Origin: Desulfomonilia bacterium
GTDB lineage: Bacteria > Desulfobacterota > Desulfomonilia > UBA1062
DNA: 64,000 bases
Assembly: GCA_050014195.1 (NCBI GenBank)
Contig: JBEKDT010000007.1
Location: 64,001 to 128,000 of the forward strand
Reading direction: 5' to 3'
Part shown: positions 39,421 through 50,065 of the stretch, one piece after another
How positions within the stretch are numbered: the first letter of the stretch is position 1
Layout of the letters: the number at the start of each line of letters is the position of its first letter
Notes under the pieces: generated by a model
Databases searched by the model: none
Told to the model about the DNA's origin: nothing
What the model saw: the letters and a program-made list of their open reading frames with translations, nothing else
Translations under genes and position numbers: made by a program

Positions 39421-41823
39421 GTGCTGCATCTTAAGGAGTACAGAGAAACACCGAACAAACTGGCTCACAGGCTTCCCTGGGCGATGCTCATGGCTCCCGG
39501 AGTAGTCCTCAATAAGACAGGCTCCTTTCAGGCAACAATCATATTCAATGGCTCGGATCTTTACTCTTCGACAGAAGAGGAGCTCGATGCGGTCGCCGCA
39601 CAGGTAAACAACGCATTGATGCGCCTTCCTTCACCTTGGGCTTACTTCATTGAGGTTCAAAGACGGAAGTATAACTATTACCCTTATTCCGAGTTTCCGA
39701 ATCCGGCAAGCTGCCTGGTGGATGATGAGCGGAAGCGGATCTTCCTTGAGGACGGACACCATTTCACAAGCACGTACTACCTGACCTTCACGTACATGGC
39801 ACCCTCGGAACAATCCCAGAAGATTATTAACAAGTTCATAGATCAGCAGAAGATAGATTACACCAAGCACCTGGAATACTTCCAGGATGAGGTAAGGAAG
39901 ATCGTCGATATCCTGAAAACCATCTTCCCCTATGTAGAATATCTCGATGACGATGCGACACTCACCTATCTCCACTCCTGCATTTCAACCAAGCATCATC
40001 CGGTGAAGACACCGAAGACACCTGTCTTTCTGGATTATCTTCTTCCTGACGAACTCCTGATAGGAGGCTTTCAGCCCAAGCTCGGTGAATCATTTCTCAA
40101 GGTCATTTCAATCGATGGGTTTCCCTTGGAGTCCGATCCTCAAGTGTTGAAAGATCTGGATGGACTCGGGTGTGAATACCGCTGGTCTACACGGTTCATA
40201 TGCCTGTCAAAGAATGAGGCCATCAGCGAACTGAAAAAGTATTCAAAACAGTGGTTCTCCAAGAAGCGCTCATTGTGGAGCCTGGTGAAGATGTCCTTCA
40301 TGAATGAGATCGACGACGGCAAGGAAGATACTGATGCAGTGAATAAATCCTACGATTGCGATGCGGTTGCCGAAATGGTCGCGGGAGGGCTGGTATCTGC
40401 CGGATACTATACCTCCTGCATTGTCCTGTGGGACAATGACATCGATGCATTACATGAAAAAGTAAGCAGTGTTGAGCAGATCATCAACTCCGCAGGGTTT
40501 GTTACCAGGAACGAGTCATTAAATGTCGTTCAGGCATGGTTCGGTACGTTGCCTGGTCATTGTTGGGCCAATATAAGAAGGCCTCTTATCCATTCGCTTA
40601 ATCTCACTCACCTCATTCCCATCTCTTCAGACTGGGCAGGCCCGGAGAGGAACAAACACTTGAACGGCCCGCCGCTTTTCTATGCAAAGACATCGAGCAA
40701 TACTCCGTTCAGATATTCAACGCATGTTGGGGATGTGGGACATACGATGATCGTAGGTCCGACAGGTGCCGGCAAATCCGCCTTGTTATCGTTTATGGCC
40801 ATGCAATTTCAGAGATATAAAAACGCACAGAATTACATATTCGACAAGGACCGTTCCGCCCGGATCACGACCCTGCTTGCGGAAGGAGATCACTACGACC
40901 TGGGAGAGAATTCCGCCCTGGCATTCCAGCCTCTGTCCAATATCGATAACGAGAGCGAGAGGTCCTGGGCACTGGAGTGGATCACGGAGATCCTGGCCCA
41001 GGAAAACATATTGGTTACGCCAAAGATAAGGAATGAGCTCTGGGAGGCCCTGACAAATCTCTCTACGTCTCCCATGAGACAAAGGACCATCACGGGACTT
41101 GTCACCCTGGTGCAGAACAACGAGATCCGGGAGGCGCTCTACCTGTACACCCTTTCAGGGTCATATGGGCATCTCTTAGACGCTGAGAGCGATACGCTCA
41201 ATTATGGAAGAGTTCAATGTTTCGAGATGAATCACCTTATGGCCTACTTACCTAAGGCAGTTCCGCCGGTGCTGTCCTACCTGTTCCATCGTCTTGACCA
41301 AAGGTTCACCGGAGATCCGACACTGCTCCTGCTCGATGAGTCCTGGCTCTTCCTGTCTCATCCGATATTTTCAAACAAGATTCGTGACTGGCTCAAGACG
41401 CTTCGTAAAGCCAACGTGGCAGTCGTGTTTTCCACGCAGTCGCTGGCTGATATGGTTCAGAGCCCCATTTTCAGCACCTTGAACGAGTCGTGTCCCACAA
41501 GGATATTCCTGCCGAACCGCAAGGCATTTGAGCCCGAGATATGTGAGCAGTACAAGCGTTTCGGGCTGAATCACCGCCAGATCGAGATCATAGCCACCTC
41601 CATGCCCAAGAGGCAGTATTACTGCCAGTCCGACGCAGGAAACAGACTGTTCGATCTGGAGCTTGATCCTCTTTCACTCGCGATATGTGCTTCAAGCTCT
41701 AAGGAGGACCACAGGCTTATGGATGATTTGCTGGAAGAAGGGAAAGAAGACCTTTTGAACAGATGGCTGGACCTAAAAATGGGGACAAAGGAGGGGAAGC
41801 AATGCGCAAGCGCCGCTTCATAA
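39421..41823 (+). CDS. trbE: TrbE/VirB4 ATPase
   Basis: LPWA, DVGHTMIVGPTGAGKS, LDESW and WLKTLRK. Confidence 0.93.
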   Translation: MLHLKEYRETPNKLAHRLPWAMLMAPGVVLNKTGSFQATIIFNGSDLYSSTEEELDAVAAQVNNALMRLPSPWAYFIEVQRRKYNYYPYSEFPNPASCLVDDERKRIFLEDGHHFTSTYYLTFTYMAPSEQSQKIINKFIDQQKIDYTKHLEYFQDEVRKIVDILKTIFPYVEYLDDDATLTYLHSCISTKHHPVKTPKTPVFLDYLLPDELLIGGFQPKLGESFLKVISIDGFPLESDPQVLKDLDGLGCEYRWSTRFICLSKNEAISELKKYSKQWFSKKRSLWSLVKMSFMNEIDDGKEDTDAVNKSYDCDAVAEMVAGGLVSAGYYTSCIVLWDNDIDALHEKVSSVEQIINSAGFVTRNESLNVVQAWFGTLPGHCWANIRRPLIHSLNLTHLIPISSDWAGPERNKHLNGPPLFYAKTSSNTPFRYSTHVGDVGHTMIVGPTGAGKSALLSFMAMQFQRYKNAQNYIFDKDRSARITTLLAEGDHYDLGENSALAFQPLSNIDNESERSWALEWITEILAQENILVTPKIRNELWEALTNLSTSPMRQRTITGLVTLVQNNEIREALYLYTLSGSYGHLLDAESDTLNYGRVQCFEMNHLMAYLPKAVPPVLSYLFHRLDQRFTGDPTLLLLDESWLFLSHPIFSNKIRDWLKTLRKANVAVVFSTQSLADMVQSPIFSTLNESCPTRIFLPNRKAFEPEICEQYKRFGLNHRQIEIIATSMPKRQYYCQSDAGNRLFDLELDPLSLAICASSSKEDHRLMDDLLEEGKEDLLNRWLDLKMGTKEGKQCASAAS

Positions 41824-42551
41824 GGAGCTTTGTAATTATTTCGATTCTCACCGTATCCATTACTGCTGCATCATACAGCTTCGACACGGTATACGACCCG
41901 TGGAACTGGGCGGAAAACTTCTATGAAGCCTATCAGGCGGTTCAGCAAAACGAGAAGTTGCTCCAGCAGTTAAAAAACCAGGTCACCATGATCAATAATG
42001 AATATCAGAATCTTAGGGCTCTCCAGGCGAACATTGGGAATACTCCTATGCAGACTGCCCAGGAAATCGATGCCACGTTAGGCAAGATACAAGGCGTCGG
42101 GTATTCCATCCAAACTCTCGATAGGAGCTATCAGGACCTCTACCAGCAGTTCGGAAAAGAGATACAGGGGTCTTCCCCCAGCGACATACAGGCCAAGAGA
42201 CTGTCTCAGATTGTAGCAACGGCAAATGCAAACATCAATGCCATGAGGGTCCAGGCCCAGGCTGTGGAGGGGATCAACGATGACCTCATTGCTACTGATC
42301 GAGTCCTGATGGGTTCAAGGCATGCCTCTGGCAATCTCGATGCACAACAATACGGCAATGAGCTCGCTGCCATGCAGATCAAACAGCAGATCAAAACCCA
42401 GCAGCTCCTGGCTGTACAGAACCGGCTTGATTCTACAAGACTGGCTGAGCAGCAGGCAAAGGATTACGCCATGGAGCAGGACTACAAATACCGTATGAGG
42501 AATTGGGGTACAAAGAAATCTACCGCGGTCCCCCCAAGAGACTTTCCTTGA
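41802..42551 (+). CDS. trbJ: TrbJ/VirB5-like
   Basis: Signal peptide, VYDPWN, Gln-rich coiled coils; ATG 41802 follows an RBS. Confidence 0.85.
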   Translation: MRKRRFIRSFVIISILTVSITAASYSFDTVYDPWNWAENFYEAYQAVQQNEKLLQQLKNQVTMINNEYQNLRALQANIGNTPMQTAQEIDATLGKIQGVGYSIQTLDRSYQDLYQQFGKEIQGSSPSDIQAKRLSQIVATANANINAMRVQAQAVEGINDDLIATDRVLMGSRHASGNLDAQQYGNELAAMQIKQQIKTQQLLAVQNRLDSTRLAEQQAKDYAMEQDYKYRMRNWGTKKSTAVPPRDFP

Positions 42552-42580
42552 ATACAGTAGATAATGCAAGGAGGTACACG

Positions 42581-42721
42581 ATGATCAGGAAAGCAATCGC
42601 GTGTGGAGTCATCTTATTGTTGCTTGCGGGGTGTGGCTGTTCTGACAGTTCCAAAAAAGATCCTATGAGAAATTGGGGGACAAAAAAATCGACAGCTGTT
42701 CCTCCTAAGGATTTTCCTTGA
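42581..42721 (+). CDS. trbK: TrbK-like entry exclusion lipoprotein
   Basis: AGGAGG RBS, LAGC lipobox, position between trbJ and trbL, C-terminus copies that of TrbJ. Confidence 0.75.
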   Translation: MIRKAIACGVILLLLAGCGCSDSSKKDPMRNWGTKKSTAVPPKDFP

Positions 42722-42767
42722 GATACGAAAAATACAAACGGAATGACAGAAGGGATAATCGATAATC

Positions 42768-43673
42768 ATGGATACAGGCATATTGACAACAGTACTGAAC
42801 CAGATAGCCGGACGACTGTCGCTTGGCTATGCAAGGCTTCTTCCGGATGCGCTTATCCTGATGCGTTACCTGGTTGCTTTTGAGATGGTAGTTCTAGGTG
42901 TTTTTTGGGCATTGGGAAAAAGTGATATCACAATCACAGCAATCAAGAAAATCACGGCTGTGGGTTTATTTCTCTGGATTATAACAGGGATGAAATCCTT
43001 ATCTCATGCCCTTATCAGCTCCTTTGCTCAGGCCGGGCTTGTGGCCGGGGGAAGTGTTTTAACAGTAGCTAATCTATTTGATCCATCAGCCATAATAGAC
43101 ATGGGGTTCAAAACCACAAAACCCATCTTTGACAATATTGGCGGGTTCACCAATATCGCCCTTCACCCTGTGAATTCTGCTTTACAATTCATCACAGGAC
43201 TGATGGGCCTTTTTGCTTATTTCCTTATCGCCTGGAATCTGTTTGTTGTAATCATTGAGTTCTATCTCTTCACGGTCTGTGCCGTAATTCTAATCCCGTT
43301 TGCTGTGTTCAAGCCGACTTCATGGCTGGCAGAAAAGGCTATCGGGGGGACATTCACTATTGGGGTAAAACTGATGGTTCTGGCCCTCATCGTCAGTATT
43401 GCTTACGACATCATAGGGAGTTTGGATCTAACACCTGTCGCAGATGATAATTATGCTCTTTACTGCGGGATTTCTATAGTTTGCGTCATTTCATATCTTT
43501 GTTGGAGTGCCCCTAACTTTGCAGCCGGGATGATATCAGGAGGCCCGAATTTGTCAGGATCGCACATGCTTGCAGGGGCCGCCGCCGTAGGGTTCGCAGG
43601 AGCATCCGCTATTAAGGGAAGTGTCAAAACCGTTAAAGAAGCCGCGGGAAAAGATAAGAAGAAAAGTTCATGA
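42768..43673 (+). CDS. trbL: TrbL/VirB6
   Basis: Polytopic membrane protein; PSAII..G, IEFY, IPF and SGGPNL. Confidence 0.88.
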   Translation: MDTGILTTVLNQIAGRLSLGYARLLPDALILMRYLVAFEMVVLGVFWALGKSDITITAIKKITAVGLFLWIITGMKSLSHALISSFAQAGLVAGGSVLTVANLFDPSAIIDMGFKTTKPIFDNIGGFTNIALHPVNSALQFITGLMGLFAYFLIAWNLFVVIIEFYLFTVCAVILIPFAVFKPTSWLAEKAIGGTFTIGVKLMVLALIVSIAYDIIGSLDLTPVADDNYALYCGISIVCVISYLCWSAPNFAAGMISGGPNLSGSHMLAGAAAVGFAGASAIKGSVKTVKEAAGKDKKKSS

Positions 43674-43722
43674 GTGCAAGCGAACTGCAACTAATAGAAG
43701 GGGCAGGGGGGGTATAAACAAC

Positions 43723-44412
43723 ATGGATAAGTTGGCAATCGTTAAGAAGCTGAAGTTTGCACCGGAAGGTGAACCTGAAACCCCTTACCAGAGGGCGAGA
43801 CAGGAGTTCGATGATTTCATCGGTGCGGCCAGAGTCCAGGCGGCTAACTGGAGACTTATCGCCTTCGGGGAGCTCGCTGTCATAATCGTTTTATTGGTTG
43901 GCTTCATATTTTTAGCCTTAAATTCCTCTGTAGTGCCCTATATCGTCGAGGTCAATGAACATGGGTCCGTCAACCTAGTCGGCAAGGCCGACAAGCTATA
44001 CAGGCCAAATGAAGCGGCAACAGAGTATTTCCTGAGTCAGTTCGTGACACAGATACGGTCCATCCCGACGGATGCGATTATTATGAGGCACAACTATCTA
44101 TCCTCATATAATTTTCTGACCCCCAAAGGATCGAACACTCTCAATGCATACGCAAAGGAATGGGACCCGTTCAAACAGCTTGGAAAGAGGGCTGTGTCAG
44201 TGGAAGTGTCAAGTGCTGTCAAGATGAGCGAGAACAGTTACCAGGTGAACTGGTATGAGCAGGACTTCGAGAGCAACGGCACACCTTCGACCAGGCAGGC
44301 TTATACGGGCATATTCAACCTGGTCTTTCATACGCCGAAGGACGAGAAGCTCCTTCGTACCAATCCGCTCGGTATCTTCGTAGATTTCTTCAACATATCA
44401 AAGGTGAATTAG
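43723..44412 (+). CDS. trbF: TrbF/VirB8-like
   Basis: PETPYQRARQE.DD.IG.ARVQA.NWR, PYIVEV and NPLGIFV. Confidence 0.9.
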   Translation: MDKLAIVKKLKFAPEGEPETPYQRARQEFDDFIGAARVQAANWRLIAFGELAVIIVLLVGFIFLALNSSVVPYIVEVNEHGSVNLVGKADKLYRPNEAATEYFLSQFVTQIRSIPTDAIIMRHNYLSSYNFLTPKGSNTLNAYAKEWDPFKQLGKRAVSVEVSSAVKMSENSYQVNWYEQDFESNGTPSTRQAYTGIFNLVFHTPKDEKLLRTNPLGIFVDFFNISKVN

Positions 44413-44429
44413 GGGAGGGGAGTAAAGTC

Positions 44430-45419
44430 ATGAAGAAGTGTATCATCACCGTACTCATAAGCTTTTTAGTATTATCTGGATGTGCCCAGAATCAGAAGAT
44501 CGTTGCTGCCCAGCAAGTGAAAGCTCCCTCACAGAAAGGTCCGGCTTTTGATATCCCGGTACCCGACCCTGTGCCTCAGGCCAAATACAAGAAAGTGGCA
44601 AGCCCTCAGCTGAAGAAAAAGGAGACGATAGCCTCCAGGAAGAAGAATCAGGATCCTGCCAAAGTGATAGAGGAGGCGAACAGGGAGGCGGCACAGAAGC
44701 CCACGGAGGACCGTTATATCAATGCCGTGACCATTTATGATTACATGGAAGGGGCCTTGTATGAGATCTATAGCGCTCCGTTCCACGTGACAGACATCAT
44801 GCTCCAGCCAGGAGAAACGCTTACCAGCCCTCCCGCTGCAGGTGATACCGCCAGGTGGTCTCTGGATGTGACGACAAGCGGAACCGGGAAAGATCAGAGG
44901 GTGCACATTTTTCTGAAGCCCCACCTGCCAAGCCTCCGCACAAATATCGCCGTATCGACTGACAAGCACATCTATCACCTGGAGTGTCAGAGCTTCAATG
45001 AGACGTACCAGGCGGGCGTGTCATGGTACTACCCCAAGGACGAGCTTGCGAACCTTACGAACAGGATCAAGGCAACAAACGATACCAAGATGGATATCAT
45101 TGCAAACCTCAAAGTCTCGGATCTCAACTTCAACTACACCATCAAGGGCAGTGCATCATGGAAACCCTTAAGGGCCTTCGATGACGGCAAGAAGGTATTC
45201 ATACAGTTCCCGTCCGACATCGAACAGGGGGAACTCCCGCCGCTGTTCATCGTGACCAGGGAGAGTGATTCCCAGCTGGTGAACTACCGTTACCAGAAGC
45301 ATTACTACATCGTGGACCGGCTCTTCGACAAAGCCTTGCTGCAGCTCGGCACCTCAAGTCCGGAAAAGGTATACATCAACCGCAACAAGGCTGACGAATA
45401 CAGCCTGGGCGGCTTTTGA
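44430..45419 (+). CDS. trbG: TrbG/VirB9
   Basis: LSGC lipobox, TDIMLQPGE, GDTARW, FDDG and LVNYR. Confidence 0.9.
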   Translation: MKKCIITVLISFLVLSGCAQNQKIVAAQQVKAPSQKGPAFDIPVPDPVPQAKYKKVASPQLKKKETIASRKKNQDPAKVIEEANREAAQKPTEDRYINAVTIYDYMEGALYEIYSAPFHVTDIMLQPGETLTSPPAAGDTARWSLDVTTSGTGKDQRVHIFLKPHLPSLRTNIAVSTDKHIYHLECQSFNETYQAGVSWYYPKDELANLTNRIKATNDTKMDIIANLKVSDLNFNYTIKGSASWKPLRAFDDGKKVFIQFPSDIEQGELPPLFIVTRESDSQLVNYRYQKHYYIVDRLFDKALLQLGTSSPEKVYINRNKADEYSLGGF

Positions 45420-45453
45420 TCAGGAGACCTTTGTGAATTGATATCAACATGGC

Positions 45454-46761
45454 GTGGAGGATGAGAACATGCTGGAGAAAATAAAACTGAAACCGGAAGG
45501 CATACGTAAGATAAATAAAAAGATGGTGGTAGGTCTCCTCTGTGGCTTGTTTTTCATCGCTATGGTCCTGTTCGGAATCGGCCTTGGACCAAAAAAGGTT
45601 ACAGCCCAGGCAATGCAGGCTACCACGAATCCGGAAGTAGCAATTGCGAGCCAGGATAAAGTGAACCTGGAATCTTTTGATAAACTGCCCAAAACCTATG
45701 GTGAGCAGCTGAGAGGGAGTAGGGTGGGTGACCAGACTCAGAACAACCAGCCGTCCTCTTACATGGACCCGAATATGCCCGGCATGAACAATGGGCAACC
45801 AGGTGCGCAGCAGCCCTATCAGTATGGTTATAATGCCGGTGATTCGCGATATGGCAGGACTCAGCCATATGACCCGTACAATCAGTCTACCCAAGGGGGA
45901 GGAGGAACGCAAGACTCGAAGAAACAGGCGCTTGACGAGGCACGCAAGTCGAAGATCTTTTTTTCTGAGACGAACTCTCCTGCAAAGATGCCTCAGGCCA
46001 CCCCTGCAACCGCTATGTCTCAAATGCCGAACATGCCCCAAATGCCTCCGGGTATGATGCTGGCACAGGCCCCTTCCGGCCAGGAACCTTACACAGACCA
46101 AGCCCGGAAGAGAGCCTTTCTCGATGAGTCCAAGAAATCGGATGAGGCCATATACCTGGAGCACCAGATCCAGGAGCCTGCATCACCCTATCAGGTCATG
46201 GCCGGCACCGTGCTGCCGGCTGTCTTGATCACCGGCATAAACTCCGATCTACCCGGGCAGATCATCGCCCAGCTTCGGGAGAACGTCTATGACTCGGTAT
46301 CGGGGCGATATCTTCTGGTCCCACAGGGAACCAAGCTGATCGGGACCTACGATAATCAGATCTCCTGGGGGCAGGACAGGGTCATGCAGGTTTGGACCAG
46401 GATGATATTCCCGGACGGGTCATCCATCCTCTTGAACGGCATGCAGGGGACCGACCTTTCCGGGTATGCCGGAGCAAATGACAAAGTGAATTATCACTAT
46501 GGAAGGATTGGAGGAGCTGTCCTTCTGAGTACGTTCTTAAGCGTCGGAGCCCGGCAGGCTGGTGGCAATAACTCTGAAGGCAACTATCCCACTACGAGAC
46601 AGCAGATGGCAGGAGATGCGGCGAGCGGAGTCAACCAGGCCGGGCAGAAGCTCCTTGATCGTGAGCTCAATGTCGCTCCCACCATCGAAATCAGACCGGG
46701 ATACAAATTCAATGTGATGGTGAACCGCGATATGATCCTGAGGCCGTATTCGCTTCAATGA
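45454..46761 (+). CDS. trbI: TrbI/VirB10
   Basis: PAVLITGINSDLPG and PTIEIRPG. Confidence 0.92.
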   Translation: MEDENMLEKIKLKPEGIRKINKKMVVGLLCGLFFIAMVLFGIGLGPKKVTAQAMQATTNPEVAIASQDKVNLESFDKLPKTYGEQLRGSRVGDQTQNNQPSSYMDPNMPGMNNGQPGAQQPYQYGYNAGDSRYGRTQPYDPYNQSTQGGGGTQDSKKQALDEARKSKIFFSETNSPAKMPQATPATAMSQMPNMPQMPPGMMLAQAPSGQEPYTDQARKRAFLDESKKSDEAIYLEHQIQEPASPYQVMAGTVLPAVLITGINSDLPGQIIAQLRENVYDSVSGRYLLVPQGTKLIGTYDNQISWGQDRVMQVWTRMIFPDGSSILLNGMQGTDLSGYAGANDKVNYHYGRIGGAVLLSTFLSVGARQAGGNNSEGNYPTTRQQMAGDAASGVNQAGQKLLDRELNVAPTIEIRPGYKFNVMVNRDMILRPYSLQ

Positions 46762-47294
46762 GTGCCTGGATGTGGAGAAAAAAGCCAGAGCTGAAGGGCC
46801 TGATTCATGCACTCATAATAGTAATCGGATTTATGATTGCGTGTAAGGCCCTGAGCTACAAGATCATGTTCCAGATAACGCCGAGCCTCCCTAAGGGGAT
46901 CTATTGGATCAACCAGCCTGACAGGATTGATGCCGGGATGCTCTGCGTCTTCGATGTACCTCATAATGTTTATGGCCTGATAAAATCCAGAGGATGGTTA
47001 CCGGAACACTTAAGGTTCTATCTTATGAAGCCGGTGGTCGCAAAACAGGGGGATGTCGTAGAGGTCTCAGCGGCAGGGCTCTCCATAAACGGAAAGTACT
47101 TTGGACCGGTGAAGCAGTATGATTCGCAGGGGCTCCCGCTACCCAGGTTGTACCAGAAATACGTTCTGGGGCAGGGGGAGTTTTTCTTTGCCAGCACATA
47201 CGGCAACAGCTTCGACAGCAGGTATTTCGGGAAAATCAGAAAAGAGGATATCAGATGGGTGGCAAGGCCCCTGGTTGTTTTCGGAACGATATAA
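46758..47294 (+). CDS. traF: TraF-like S26 pilin maturation peptidase
   Basis: TPSLPKGIY, MKPV and SFDSRYFG. Confidence 0.88.
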   Translation: MSAWMWRKKPELKGLIHALIIVIGFMIACKALSYKIMFQITPSLPKGIYWINQPDRIDAGMLCVFDVPHNVYGLIKSRGWLPEHLRFYLMKPVVAKQGDVVEVSAAGLSINGKYFGPVKQYDSQGLPLPRLYQKYVLGQGEFFFASTYGNSFDSRYFGKIRKEDIRWVARPLVVFGTI

Positions 47295-47321
47295 GCCTTT
47301 CACGGAGAGAAATAGAACACA

Positions 47322-49094
47322 ATGGAAAGACATCAGGTACAAAGCCAGAGTTATGAAGGGTTCGAGACATGGTGGAACCAGCTCCGCATGTCCGTCCAGA
47401 TGCATACCAAGATAATAGCCATTCTCTTTTGCTTTCATGTGCTGATATTCTTCCTCGCCTGTTATTACAAATTTGATAAGTCCTCTATCCATACCGCCTC
47501 GCAATGGCTCATGGCGTATGTCATGTGGCCCACGGCGAAAATGAAATTCACCAACCCCAACGGCACGGTTGCATATGCCGCGGCCCAACAGATCGCGGCA
47601 TGTGCTCCTTTACGAGACTATTCTATTGGAGTGCTCTACAAAATGCGGAACATCTTCTTCTGGAGTGCCGCAGTATATATTTTTTACATCCCGATCTGGA
47701 TGTACTTCCATGACAAGGCAAAGGATCAGTCCGACCGGAAACATGTTCGGGGGGCGAGACTCAGCACGGTAAAAGAATTTGACTCTCTGGTGAAGAAGAG
47801 GGGAGAGGAGCCCGGCCTTCATATCGGCAGCGTCCGTATGCCCAAGTCTTTAGAGCCACGGCACACGTTCATCATCGGGGGCCCGGGGGCAGGGAAAACA
47901 AATTGTGAAGCTCAGATCATAGAAGACTTGAAGGAACGGAATGCACAAGCAATCGTATATGATTTCAAAGGGGATTACTTAAGACGTTTCTATGACCCGG
48001 ATAAGGACATCATCTTCAATCCACTTGATGCAAGGTCCGTGGGCTGGAATCTCTTCAACGAGATCGAGACCTCCATGGATATAGATGCCATGGCCGCGTC
48101 CCTTATCCCCCATTCGATCTCGCAGCATGACACGTTCTTCCCTGATGCTGCCCGGGACGTATTCGCGGGAATTCTGTACTACTTGTACCATCTGAACATG
48201 AGGAGCAACAGTGACATATGGGATATGGTCACATCAGACGCCAGCCAGATCCTTCAATACCTGCGCAGCATACCGGAGGGTAGGGGGGCTGCCAAACATA
48301 TTGAGCTGCCCGGTTCTACACAGTCGCAAGGTGTTTTCGGCACCTTGATGGAATACGCGAAGGCCCTCAAATATATGGCGCAAACCGATGGCCCGTTCAG
48401 GATCAAGGACTGGCTGCATAGCGGGGAAGGGATGATCTTTGTCACGAATTATTCCATCATCCAGGAGGCCTTGAGGCCCATCCTCTCCCTGTTTGTGGAT
48501 CTGCTTGGGAGGCAGGTGCTGTCTCTGTCAGAATCAACGGACAGAAGGATCTTTTTCCTGCTCGATGAGTTCGGGACTCTGCAGAGGCTCCCAACGATCG
48601 TAAAGCTTCTGACCATGGCCAGGAGCAAGGGAGGATGTGTCTTTATCGGCATCCAGGACTATGGCCAGATCGACCAGACATATTCGAGCAATCACCGGCA
48701 GAGCATTATCAATGCCTGCGGGAACAAGATCATCTTCAACGTGGATGATCCGACCTCGGCTAAGATCAGCTCCGAGATCCTCAGCGAGACGGAATATGTG
48801 GAGATGAACAAGACCCGGTCCATGGGAGTGAACGACAACAGGGACGGGACCACCCTTGCGGAACGCACCAGGAAAGAAAGTCTCTTCCTCCCGGCAGAGA
48901 TCATGAAGCTGCCTGATCTTACGGCCATTGTCAGATTCAAGACCTATGATCCCCTGATAACCAAGTTCGAGTACAGGGATTATCCGGATAAGACAGAGGG
49001 ATTTGTTCTGCGAAAAGATCTTCTTCTGAAATCCAAGCTGACTGAGCCTTCACCTGATATCGCAGATGAGGACGTATCACCGGTTGTGTCATAA
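47322..49094 (+). CDS. Type IV coupling protein, TrwB/TraD-like
   Basis: Two TM segments, RGARL, GGPGAGKT, FNPLDARS, DEFGTL and RSKGG. Confidence 0.88.
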   Translation: MERHQVQSQSYEGFETWWNQLRMSVQMHTKIIAILFCFHVLIFFLACYYKFDKSSIHTASQWLMAYVMWPTAKMKFTNPNGTVAYAAAQQIAACAPLRDYSIGVLYKMRNIFFWSAAVYIFYIPIWMYFHDKAKDQSDRKHVRGARLSTVKEFDSLVKKRGEEPGLHIGSVRMPKSLEPRHTFIIGGPGAGKTNCEAQIIEDLKERNAQAIVYDFKGDYLRRFYDPDKDIIFNPLDARSVGWNLFNEIETSMDIDAMAASLIPHSISQHDTFFPDAARDVFAGILYYLYHLNMRSNSDIWDMVTSDASQILQYLRSIPEGRGAAKHIELPGSTQSQGVFGTLMEYAKALKYMAQTDGPFRIKDWLHSGEGMIFVTNYSIIQEALRPILSLFVDLLGRQVLSLSESTDRRIFFLLDEFGTLQRLPTIVKLLTMARSKGGCVFIGIQDYGQIDQTYSSNHRQSIINACGNKIIFNVDDPTSAKISSEILSETEYVEMNKTRSMGVNDNRDGTTLAERTRKESLFLPAEIMKLPDLTAIVRFKTYDPLITKFEYRDYPDKTEGFVLRKDLLLKSKLTEPSPDIADEDVSPVVS

Positions 49095-49108
49095 AAGGAG
49101 CTGGTTAC

Positions 49109-50065
49109 ATGGACTACAGGAAACGTGAACAGGAAATGAACAGCAGGGTTTATGACATGCTGACGAGCTCCTTCGGCCTAACCATTCAGGAATTGATGCG
49201 TGACAAGGATGTGATCGAGATCATGCTCAACCCTGACGGGTGTCTGTGGGTTGATAGGTTGAGCACAGGACGATCCTATACAGGGCAGGATATGAGCGTT
49301 GCCGATGCAGAAAGAATTATCCGGATTGTCAGCTCAAAGACAAATACCATTTGCAACGCTGAAAACCCGATTCTCTCCGCCGAGCTCCCGGGATCCGGAG
49401 AGCGGTTCCAGGGGATGCTCCCGCCAGTTGTGGAAAGACCCACAATCACAATTCGGAAAAAGGCCCTCATGGTCTATACACTGGAAGATTATGTTAACCA
49501 GGGGATCATGACCATCAAAGCAGCTGACTTCTTGAGAGATGCTGTCCGGGAGAAATTGAACATCCTGGTTGTCGGAGGGACTGGCTCCGGAAAAACGACC
49601 CTTTCCAATGCGATCCTGGCTGAGATTGCTCTATATGAAGATCGGATTGTGCTCATCGAGGACACGCTCGAACTTCAATGCGAGGTTAAGGATTGCGTCT
49701 CGTTAAGGACCTGTGATGCTGCGGATATCACATCCTTGCTCAAGGCAACCATGCGTTTGCGGCCTGACAGGATCATTGTTGGAGAGGTGCGGGGAGGGGA
49801 GGCCCTGGGCCTCCTGAAGGCATGGAATACCGGCCATCCTGGCGGGTTATGCACTATTCACGCGAATGGTCCGAGGGAAGGGCTCATCCGGATTGAGCAA
49901 CTCGTCCAGGAGGTTGTGCCAGGAGTGCCGCGAAGCCTTATTGCCGCCACGGTCAATGTCCTTGTGTACATCAAGAGGGAAGGGCGGAGTAGGAAGGTTG
50001 AGAGCATTGCCATGGTTGAGGGTTGCAGGGATGATGATTATGTGTTGAGATTTCTGGAGGGGTAA
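49109..50065 (+). CDS. trbB: TrbB/VirB11 ATPase
   Basis: EIMLNPDG, GGTGSGKTT, RPDRIIVGEVRG and WNTGHPG. Confidence 0.93.
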   Translation: MDYRKREQEMNSRVYDMLTSSFGLTIQELMRDKDVIEIMLNPDGCLWVDRLSTGRSYTGQDMSVADAERIIRIVSSKTNTICNAENPILSAELPGSGERFQGMLPPVVERPTITIRKKALMVYTLEDYVNQGIMTIKAADFLRDAVREKLNILVVGGTGSGKTTLSNAILAEIALYEDRIVLIEDTLELQCEVKDCVSLRTCDAADITSLLKATMRLRPDRIIVGEVRGGEALGLLKAWNTGHPGGLCTIHANGPREGLIRIEQLVQEVVPGVPRSLIAATVNVLVYIKREGRSRKVESIAMVEGCRDDDYVLRFLEG

